NCBI RefSeq assembly: GCF_964355755.1
Contig: NC_092671.1
Span: 434,001-498,000, forward strand
Direction of reading: 5' to 3'
DNA from: Antedon mediterranea
Taxonomy: Eukaryota; Animalia; Echinodermata
DNA length: 64,000 nucleotides
How positions within the stretch are numbered: position 1 is the stretch's first letter; each line of letters begins with the position of its first letter. The notes beneath the pieces are model-generated. The model did not search any database and had not been told where the DNA came from. It saw nothing but the letters and a program-made list of their open reading frames with translations. A program made the translations under genes and the position numbers. Of this stretch, positions 37,501 to 49,500 are shown piece after piece.

Positions 37501-40500
37501 GAATGTAAAGATTAACTTTTTTTATTTAATGTAAGTATTAATGTTAAGATTAACAAAAATGAATAAACACCAATAAATATTATGACATGATACATTAGGA
37601 GCAAACAGAAAGAATATGACAGAACAACAATCAATATTATGACATGATACATTAGGAGCTAACAGAAAGAATATGACAGAAACAATTGAATGTAACAAAA
37701 CATAAGATAAATAATGTATAAAATAATGTAGAAAAAAAGAGTAGTGTAGATCTCTATATACATGTCTATGATAACAATCTACATCAGAACCAGTGTTAGC
37801 ATAGTCATTCAAAAACAGTAATTTATAACTCTGAACAAAGCATTAACATTCTTTAACATTTAATTTTTATTTCCTTTTTCATTGATTTGAGAAAAAAAAA
37901 CTGTTTTGTTTGTTTGATGTAAATTGTTGTCATAGAAGGAATCATGTAAAAGCTATCAGGTTAATTAAAAGCATACAAACATACTGTCAATTACAACAAT
38001 CCACAAAGATGAGTCAACTATGGTATTTTTTGGACAGTATCTGAACCATTTTAAAACACCTTAGCAAAACATAGGTACTTTAAAGGATTACCAGAATTTA
38101 CTCCTTTTTTTGCCTCATAGATTTCTTCTCTCACTATCTTATTTTGTAATTTACAGTATCTTTTTTTACTTAATTCAAGCAAAAAAAAAAGTTGCAGAGA
38201 TGTAAGCGTGTACTTACGTTATCTATGTGTGTAAAAACACCATGTTTTCGTCTTGGTACCTCCTGAAAAAAGTTTGCATTTCACATACAAATAAACAATA
38301 TAGCTTAAGCAAAAACAAAAGAAAGCAACTACATACTGCTTAGACTTTGCATGACGGATGTGAATGGTTAACACACAAGAATGCAATACTTTAAATAGAG
38401 AGGGTGAAGACAACATAGTTTGCATTCAAATACTTACTACTTTATTGTCTTTTTGTAATTCCTGAAAACAAAATAAACAAAATCAGTCAATAAGTTTATT
38501 TACACCATAGACCACAGTAAGCTTATATTGCAATGTGGGCTTGTAATAAAGTGTAGGCCTATACCCCAATAGTAGGCTGACACAAAAGTGTTTGCTTTAG
38601 CTGGACTTACACCTAAGTGTAGGCCATCATCCCAGTGTAGGCTATCATCCCAGTGTACGCATATCCCACAGCTTACACCCAAGTGTAGGCTATCATCCCA
38701 GTGTACGCATATCCCACAGCTTATACCCAAGTGTAGGCTATCATCCCAGTGTAGGCATATCCCACAGCTTATACCCAAGTGTAGGCTATCATCCCAGTGT
38801 ACGCATATCCCACAGCTTATACCCAAGTGTAGGCTATCATCCCAGTGTACGCATATCCCACCGCTTATACCCAAGTGTAGGCTATCATCCCAGTGTACGC
38901 ATATCCCACAGCTTATACCCAAGTGTAGGCCATCATCCCAGTGTACGCATATCCCACAGCTTACACCCAAGTGTAGGCTATCATCCCAGTGTACGCATAT
39001 CCCACAGCTTATACCCAAGTGTAGGCTATCATCCCAGTGTACGCATATCCCACAGCTTATACCCAAGTGTAGGCCATCATCCCAGTGTACGCATATCCCA
39101 CAGCTTATACCCAAGTGTAGGCTATCATCCCAGTGTACGCATATCCCACAGCTTACACCCAAGTGTAGGCTAACATCCCAGTGTACGCATATCCCACAGC
39201 TTGTACCCAAGTGTAGGCTATCATCCCAGTGTACGCATATCCCACAGCTTATACCCAAGTGTAGGCTATCATCCCAGTGTACGCATATCCCACAGCTTAC
39301 ACCCAAGTGTAGGCCATCATCCCAGTGTAGGCCATCATCCCAGTGTAGGCTATCATCCCAGTGTACGCATATCCCACAGCTTATACCCAAGTGTAGGCCA
39401 TCATCCCAGTGTACGCATATCCCACAGCTTATACCCAAGTGTAGGCCATCATCCCAGTGTACGCATATCCCACAGCTTACACCCAAGTGTAGGCTATCAT
39501 CCCAGTGTACGCATATCCCACAGCTTATACCCAAGTGTAGGCTATCATCCCAGTGTACGCATATCCCACAGCTTACACCCAAGTGTAGGCTATCATCCCA
39601 GTGTACGCATATCCCACAGCTTACACCCAAGTGTAGGCCATCATCCCAGTGTACGCATATCCCACAGCTTATACCCAAGTGTAGGTTATCATCCCAGTGT
39701 ACGCATATCCCACAGCTTATACCCAAGTGTAGGCTATCATCCCAGTGTACGCATATCCCACAGCTTATACCCAAGTGTAGGCTATCATCCCAGTGTACGC
39801 ATATCCCACAGCTTACACCCAAGTGTAGGCTATCATCCCAGTGTACGCATATCCCACAGCTTACACCCAAGTGTAGGCCATCATCCCAGTGTACGCATAT
39901 CCCACAGCTTATACCCAAGTGTAGGTTATCATCCCAGTGTACGCATATCCCACAGCTTACACCCAAGTGTAGGCCATCATCCCAGTGTACGCATATCCCA
40001 CAGCTTATACCCAAGTGTAGGCTATCATCCCAGTGTACGCATATCCCACAGCTTAAACCCAAGTGTAGGCTATCATCCCAGTGTACGCATATCCCACAGC
40101 TTACACCCAAGTGTAGGCTATCATCCCAGTGTACGCATATCCCACAGCTTGTACCCAAGTGTAGGCTATCATCCCAGTGTACGCATATCCCACAGCTTAT
40201 ACCCAAGTGTAGGCTATCATCCCAGTGTACGCATATCCCACAGCTTATACCCAAGTGTAGGCTATCATCCCAGTGTACGCATATCCCACAGCTTATAACC
40301 AAGTGTAGGCCATCATCCCAGTGTACGCATATCCCACAGCTTACACCCAAGTGTAGGCTATCATCCCAGTGTACGCATATCCCACAGCTTATACCCAAGT
40401 ATAGGCTATCATCCCAGTGTAGGCTATCATCCCAGTGTACGCATATCCCACAGCTTATACCCAAGTATAGGCTATCATCCCAGTGTAGGCTATCATCCCA

Positions 40501-43500
40501 GTGTAGGCATATCCCACAGCTTATACCCAAGTATAGGCTATCATCCCAGTGTACGCATATCCCACAGCTTATACCCAAGTGTAGGCTATCATCCCAGTGT
40601 ACGCATATCCCACAGCTTATACCCAAGTGTAGGCCATCATCCCAGTGTACGCATATCCCACAGCTTACACCCAAGTGTAGGCTATCATCCCAGTGTAGGC
40701 TATCATCCCAGTGTACGCATATCCCACAGCTTATACCCAAGTGTAGGCTATCATCCCAGTGTACGCATATCCCACAGCTTATACCCAAGTGTAGGCTATC
40801 ATCCCAGTGTACGCATATCCCACAGCTTGTACCCAAGTGTCTACATATACCAAAATTTAGAGTTATACTATGTGTGGTCTAAATCCAAGTGTAGAGTTTA
40901 AACACACCTTATTATCTATTTCTTTTTTTTGTGAATCTGTACTGTTGCGTTGTATTCCAGCATATTTTTCAGCCCCTTCAAGATCCTCGGCTGTCACACC
41001 CTGTGTGGACCTTCTTGATGATCGTTCCTTACGAGCTCTTGCACGTCTTGTCGTCTCAGGTTCTTCTTCCTTTTTGGGTAACATGTACGTCCTGAAGATT
41101 GAATATTCTAATTAATATATAGTATATATAATATATGGTTATAGCCACAGGAGAGACTGGGCTATTGTAGACTACAGATGGTAGCTTTGCATTTTGAGCT
41201 CAATTTCTTTAATTCGCACCCTAATAAACATCACATTAGTACAAATGTTTGAATGACATAGGTTCAATTGTCTCTTACTATGCAATGTATTGGTGATTAT
41301 AAAATATTTTTTTTATGTTTATTTGTGAGTATATATTACTTAATATGGCATTTCAGATCTCAATTTCATAAGCTCCTTTACTAATAACTCTATTGCTGTG
41401 ACATCAAAATAATGTTAACATACAACTTTTGTATCAAAGCAACATTCTAAAATATGCAGCATTGCATTAATGTTACCATTACCAAGAGAAATCCCAACCA
41501 CCAATTTTAATTTTCTTGGTAATAAATTAGATAGCATTAACATATTAACAAGCAGAATGATTGTTTAAGGCACCTTTATGTTTTGCATGGTGACAATGAT
41601 GTAGTTACCAGTTACCAATTGGAAAGTGATGAAAATGAATACTGTAAACGTCATTAATTTTAGTGTAACCTTAATTTTGTGTGCCTGAACTTTCACAGAA
41701 ATGTTGAAACCATGAATGAAGTAATTCATTAATTTAAATAGTCAAATAATATTGATGGCAGCAAAAAAAATTGTGTCACAGAAAAAAGCAACTTTAAAAG
41801 TACTTATGTATAGAATACTGTAAATGAATAATACTATGAAAGCAAAGCACACAATTAACACAGCAACCATTACCTTTTAAATTACAAAAAAATATATGAA
41901 AACACACACACACCACAATTGTTAAAATCTGGTAGAAAGTTTTCCTGGGACAATTTTAATTGGAAATATCTGTTGACATTACCTTCTGGGAGATGTAGTG
42001 ATTGTGGTAGTGGCTGTGGTAAAAGGAGTTGAGATCGTTGTAGTTGAAGACGACGTCGATTTAGATTCGATGATGGGCGAATTAGTTGGAGCAGTGGTGC
42101 TACGGTACTTGTAGCGGTCTTGTTCTGGATTGGAGTTTGTGTAATCGGTGTACCGACGCCGTGTATACAGACCAGGTCGATTTAGGATGTCATAATCTCT
42201 GTGATTAGAGTTGGATGGAACGGAAAAACGATACATGCGATTATACAACACAAAAGCTAAGCACAAAAGCAAGATATATATTTATATACAGTTGGGATAA
42301 ATACTTATTGTGCGCCTAATGTTTTTTTTGTTCAGATAAGAATAATTAATAAAATAACACCAAATAGTTATATCTACTAGAGATTATAATTTGACCTTTC
42401 ACCTTAGTAATAGTTAACACATTTAGTAATCAAAAGCCTGGAATAATATAAACATTAAATACTGCAAGACTAAACTAAATATATTCTACACACAGCATAA
42501 TGTACAATTAAACCACAGCAACTAAAACTTTCAACAAATAACAGTTTTTATTATTTATTTTCCTGTATATTTCAGATAAATATGATAATTTTATAGTATA
42601 TTAGTGTTCTACTTTTCACATTGCTTACATAACAACTAAAAAAAATGTTAGATCAGTATGGGGTCGGTAGAATTAGGAGTTTAAGTAGTGATTTCAGTGA
42701 GTATAAACTTACCTTACACCCTTTTCATCTGTTTTAGATTTATCTACAATAGCAGAAGTACTCTGTGATCCAACTTTGCCCCTTCGGTCCAATCCAATAC
42801 TTATATTCTTACTTGATTCATCCTACATATAAAATGTACAAAATATCAAGTCTCCAATGTAAAGTCTATGAGCTGACAGTGCATGTTACTAATTATTAAT
42901 TAAGTATTAATGATATTTGAATTTCACCCTGTCAGTATTTTTACTCCCTTTTATATTTTATGTTATTGTTTATTTTATCATGTTTTTATATTGTTATCTG
43001 TGACAAGCAAGACAAATTTCAAGTTACATTTTTAAGCTCTGTCTACACTACCAAACTAGTTTGACAACAAAAAAAAGGGATATGCTTAAATGTGGAATTG
43101 ATATGCCCAAATATGGTAGTAATATGACATCATGTACATATATGGGCACATCACATAATGTTTGACAAACCTTGTCTTTGGGATCCTCTCCAACAATACG
43201 AGGCGTTGAAGCGGATCGTCGTACCCTGTCTAGATTGTCGTTCCTCTTTGTTTCTGTTACTGCACTTGAGCTACCAGTTTTTGTTAGACCCTGTCTCCAT
43301 GGAGGTACGTCGTCCTTAGATTCTTGTTTTTGCAATGGTTTTGGTGTAAATCCAGGAACCTTAAAAATTGGGAAGTAGATATACTGTAATCATGACCATC
43401 TAAATGTTTAAAAAGGTTGTCTATTGTATGACATTGAATATATTTTTTAAAGATAATTGGTTATCCGCACTTGGCGGATAACCCCTTGTTATTCAATGTT

Positions 43501-46500
43501 TAATTTTACTTAATTTAAAAGTATAATAAATAGGGTTTTTTTAAATTGTATTATATATTTTGATTTGGTTTCACTTGAAAATAGTTATTTTGTTTTTTGT
43601 AATTTATTTGAAAAGCAATTTTACTGTTTGTTTTGTAAATATGAAGCTTTTACAGCCTATTCTCACTCCCGGTAATTATTTATTGGTGATCGAATAAATA
43701 TTAATATTTATTTTGTGTTGAAGTTACCCAAAGCTGACATGGAAGACAATATATAAACTGTAAAAGTGAGAAGAGAAGATAAGAGATAAAGAACAGTAAA
43801 AGAATATCAGATTATAGCAAGTAGGGATAAAAAGAAACATAAGATTAAATAAGTAAAATATACCAATATATGCACTGTATAATGAAATAGAAAAATCAAT
43901 GTATATATGTATACATTGTCATTGCAAACCTACAAAACCAAAAGTAAACACAATTTGAATAGATAGAAACCAAACAAATTGTATGTACAGTGTTATGTAA
44001 TTAAATAAATAATCCATACACATACAATATAATAGTGATGTAATAGAAATTAATAGTAATGCTAAACCTTGCTTTCTATTGGAGGATAATAAATAAAAAC
44101 AACATAACTGTACAAAACTGAGAGTAAACAGAATAGATACAAACCAATAGAAAATAAACAATAACTTAATATACTCTTTTATGAATACAGATAAATAAAT
44201 AATTTAATATTTTATACAAAAGGAAACAAATCCATCATAAATCAAAATCCTAAATAAAAGACAAAAAAAAATAATGCACAGTAATAAAAGTACTTGAACA
44301 ATAAAGAGACAAATAAATCCAATTCTAAGTAGGAGAAAATGAAAGACAGTTAGAAATCTATTGGTCTGTTTTTCATCCTGTTGAAAGAAAAGGAGTACAC
44401 AATAATAAAATTAGAATAGATAATAGATAGTTCAACAGAAGAAATACCTATTAAATAGATACTGAAGAGATATTCAATAGAGAGCAATACCTATTAAATA
44501 GAGATATTTAAAAGAAAAGCAAACTATTAAATAAAGATATTCAATAGAGAACATTATATTCAGTTGATATACCAGAGTAACCTATAACAACATCATTTGT
44601 AGTAAAAATGACTTTTTTTATACAAATACATAATTAAGAAAGTGTTTATAACCACAGGAAACACAAGGAGGATACTGAACAAGTAGGCTAAAGGTAAAGG
44701 AAGAGATACAATGCTGATTTAACAGCTGAGTGTACACAGTTTCACTTAAATGTAACACAAACAATCAAACATATATCTGAGGGACAAACAGTATCAAATT
44801 TATTCAAAATTGAACTGCAAAAAAAAAACCATCTTAAAAATTTGCCTCAGACTGACACATACAGAGCAACCAAACTTCAAAGTAGGATGGGTTTGTGTTA
44901 AGTGGTGTAAATGGGACAACATCATTCACTAGTTATAAGCCACTTTAATAATAAAGGTTAAGAAACCAAAGAGTTTAGTCACAATAATTATATTAAACTC
45001 AATAATTATATTAAACTAAAAAATCAAAAAGATCAAACTGTTTGAGCAGAAGCCATATTAACTCAAACGAACAGTTTATACCCACACAGGCTCATACAGG
45101 AATACTTTAGGAGCGTCTCAGGAATATTGTGAATTTTATTATAGTAATTTTAATACTTCAAGCCTTTAATACTTAGCTGCAACATTATGTGTACTTAAGC
45201 CAACGTAATGTGTTCAGTTAGGCCAAGATTGTAGGTAATTAAACTAAAGATGATAAATACCTTTGCCATAAAATGTAGAATTCAGTAGTTCAATGTGCTA
45301 TGTATTTGGGCCAACGAATTAATGGGTAAAATATGATACGCTTTAAAATAAACACACTTTAATGCGACTAGGACTAAATTTGGTGTAAAGTATGTGCTGT
45401 GTTTTGTACTAGGTTCTGCGTGCACATAATAAGACGTGTTCATTAGGGCATGCTTCAGAGTATTGCTGTACGCTACACACATGCATACATCTCACAGGAA
45501 GCTGCTTAGAAACTTAGTATTGATTGGGCCAACTTAATTTCATTTCTCCTTTAGTGTTGTAAAGTAGAAAGAACAAATTCCAATATATTTTAATGATAGA
45601 TGCAACTAAGCAAGAAGGCGAATAAGACACTGCAAACAGCACTGTAGTATTGAGTAGTTGAACAAAGCAGACCTGTCAGTGTCAGCAGCTTCACCTACCT
45701 ACCTATTTAAAACCTGGGAAAGCTGTTTCCCCTCTTTTACTGCCTTTTAGAAACTGCAGGGAACAATCACGACTTATAATACACCAAAAATAACTACAGT
45801 AGTTTTAAATACACTGTAAAAATTAGATACATAATATTAAATCATGAGATAATGTTTCCACCTGGTCCTCCACGATGTACAGACAAAACAAATAAAAGAA
45901 ATAAAACAGAGAGTTAAAGAATAAGCAAAAAGAGGAAAAAATAGAATTAATAGGAAGAAATAGAATATGTAAAAGGATGGATTGGGAGCGCAAATAACAA
46001 CACATTTGTATAACTGCATACATAATACCATGTGCATATTCCACAACTTTGGATAACAATTTGAACATTTTGCTTGCGATAAAAAAAATTGAAACTAACT
46101 TTGAGATAATGTAATGTACAATTGAAGCCCTTGTTAGTAGCAGAAATCATTTAAAAAGGAAAGCATAGCTTAGTGTTGTTAAAACAGCTTCCAATGCATC
46201 AAATTATAAATTCTATTTAAATTTAAAGATTTAAATGATAAACATTTAACCATAAATCTGGAAGCTGCAAGTACATTTGTATTCTGTACAAGAGTGTTTA
46301 ATTTTCCCAAAATGAAACCTATGGAATGTGTCTTTTACCTCTTTTTTCATTGATATTCTGGATGGTGCAGAGGCCCCTGGTTTTTTAGTTGTATTTTCCT
46401 TCTCATCTTCATCAGAGCTAGCTTCGCTTTCACTGGAGCATGATGAATCATATGTCTTCTTCTGCTGTAAATTACAGCAAAAATACTTTCATAGTTTTCA

Positions 46501-49500
46501 ATTTATCCATTAAATGTGAACGCATTGTAAATTTGAAAATATCACATTATTAATCAATTATATAATTTTATTTTTGGTTTTTTTTCTGGGACTTTTTCAA
46601 AGATGGCTTTGTTTTTCAAAAAGGTCTTTTTTAGTAAATAATCAATAAATTGACGAGCACTAGGTTTTGAAAGCAGTAAAGGTTTCTTAACAACACACAC
46701 CCATGCAGTAATAATAACAGGTGTCCAAACACTGCACCAACATATGAAACAATTACACTAGTTAAAAAAACATTGGATGTGTGGAAGACAAGAAATTACT
46801 ATAGAATCTTGATTGCCATCTTGATGAACCAACCGCAAGGTATTACCAAAGGTCATCTAAGCTTACTTCTTTTTCCTGACCATGTATTTTTTCTTTGAGG
46901 GCTTCTCGTTCCCTTTGCATGTCATTGTGTAATGATTGGTTGCGTTCTTGTACACTCATTCTAGATACTGATGACCTGCGTTTTAGTTGAGGTTGTTTGG
47001 ATTCTATTCTTGGTGTGATACTTGTACTGTTTGGTTTCATCTGTTATAGAAGTAAAATTTGGCAGTCTGAGTGTATGAGGCCCAAAATACTGCTAAAATA
47101 GCCCACTTTTTCCAACATTAAACAAGTACTAGAACATTTAAACTACAGGAGTTCTGGTTTAAAAACGGAAAGCACTAACAAATCCAACTGACTACAGTCA
47201 ACTTTCTTATTACCGGACTTTCTCTAAACCAGCAATTTATTAAGTCTAAAATTCTGTCATACTAAGCCATTTTGAGAATGAGCGCAGAGATGTCCGGTTT
47301 TGAGAGAATTGACTGTACCACTATTAACTATTATAATAATAACAGGCTGTTAGTTGCCTCTGGGACTAAGCAGAGTGGGAAAAGGCAGACGGAGGGTACA
47401 ATCTATAAGGTTATGAGTTCCAATTAGTTAAATATAAACTACTTACTGAAGCTTGTTTTTTTTTAAGTTCCTCTAAATATTTTCCCATTTCTTCATCTGC
47501 TAAATCAAAAGCTGTTTGACCCTGTCAAAAATAAAGCAATAATGCTTAAACTTCCACAAACAATCAATACCCATAATCAATAACAATCAATACCCATAAT
47601 AATGTATAATTATAAAACAGTATTAATAACACCCAGTGGCTGGAAAGGAGACCAATCGACGTCATAACGCATAGCAACTGAAGAAGTCAAGCTGACAGCT
47701 AGACGAAACTGTCTTGCAAACGCAAGTTTACATAACTGGTTTACTATAAATATACGAATCGAAACCAGAAGAAATGTTTTCAGTATTAATAACTGACTTA
47801 CTAATTTATTTCTGGCATTCATATCACACATTTTTTCAACAAGTAGTTCAGCTGATTCTTTTTGCGCCCAATGAGATGCTGCGTGGAATGGCGTCCAACC
47901 ATCAATATCTTGACTATTAATATCCATGCCTGCTTGCAATAATAAACTACAAAACAAAATTGCATTCAATCCAATAAACAGATGTTTCAATATCAACTTT
48001 GTGCAATCATAAAACATTTTATTGATATTTTTAGATAATAAAAATAGGTAGAATTTATGTGTATACAGTGTTTTAGTACCATATACCTACATTAAGTCAA
48101 CAACAAGCAATTACTTGATTCATGTTCAACAACTTTAAAAAATGTTTGAATTAGACTATCAAGTGGCATATAAACAAGATAATATACATTGGATAAAAAC
48201 TGATTTTTTTTAAATATTTTTAGCTTCCAAAACACTGTGTTATGTTTACTTCAGTAGTATAGTACACCTTTTATTCCAATACCATTTTAAAGTTGTATTG
48301 AGAGTTTAAACTCTTAAGTATGTGAATCATGCTATCTAAGTACATAATAAGGAAAATGTTTTCGTAAATGCTTTCTAGTTTTAATATTGATTGATAAAAT
48401 AACTGTTTACAAAATTCACAGACATTTCTCTCGTATAAAAGCACAGATACTTAGTTCCGAATATTATGTCATGATAAGATCGCTTTCTGCAATGAAACCG
48501 ACAAGAGATGAAAGACTTACAATCACTTGAGCTGGTGATAACTGTGAACAAGTTAGTCATGATGTTACACAGGTAAACATGTTATAGGCTATCACTGTGA
48601 GGTGAATGCCCTTACAGACATTGACTTACAAAACAAAAGAGGTAATATGGCTACCAATGCAAGCATTTCCATAAAACTGCTGGGTAATCAATGTATTAAC
48701 AGTTTTCTTTTAGTGTTGTAGTCTACATATGTTGCAGTCTTTAGAGTAAATGTTCGGACTGGTATGCCCTTATTCACGACCTGTAGTATCAAAGGGGAGC
48801 TTGGGAGTGCCAGAGGAAGTATTAACAAATCTATTATGTGCCGAATGGTTTGTTTACCTTAATGCTTTGACATAACCCTTAGCTGATGCAACATGTATGG
48901 CTGTGGCACCAGTTTTTGGATGTGGTTTATCTTTTATACTTTTGGAGTTGAGCCACTGGTTGGCATCTTCTATAATTTTTCTTTCTTCGTCTTTTCGTGC
49001 TGCTTCTACATCAAGCCCTAAAAATAAAAATATTATAAACACAAAATTCAATAAAAAAGTAATTTGGATGTAGACAGTAAACAAGTAAACAACAATTGCT
49101 AATTAAACAATTTCTTTAATATTTCATTACATGAATACATTTACTGTACTGTACTTCATGCACATAGAAAATTCAAACTCGATTTAACTAGTCAATTTTG
49201 TAAAGGTTACTTTACTACAGTACTATATGAGCCTAATGTATTATCATGGAGGAATTTAGCATAAAAGTTATAACTGCTATTAATTCTCTGAGAACACGCT
49301 TAACCTTGATTTTGCAACTCTATTTAGTCACTCAGCCTATATGTAGGTACTGTAGGTATGTCAGGGGTTAAACTGTACCACAATAGTTAGCTGTACAATA
49401 ATTGTGTTTGTACATACAATGTTACATTGATGTTAGAAAGAGATTTGTTGACAAAACTATGACAATTAATAATTTCGTATATTAGAATAAATGTAATTGT

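Noticed and set aside
38500-40882. 778-aa [14 protein letters not shown]-repeat ORF and the 764/365-aa opposite-strand ORFs (look like metal-binding repeat proteins)
   Set aside because: They arise from a 48/18-bp minisatellite whose units are multiples of 3, so several frames are open on both strands. Read-through from exon 12 stops at 40863, and the nearby acceptor (40840) leads to TGA in the incoming frame.
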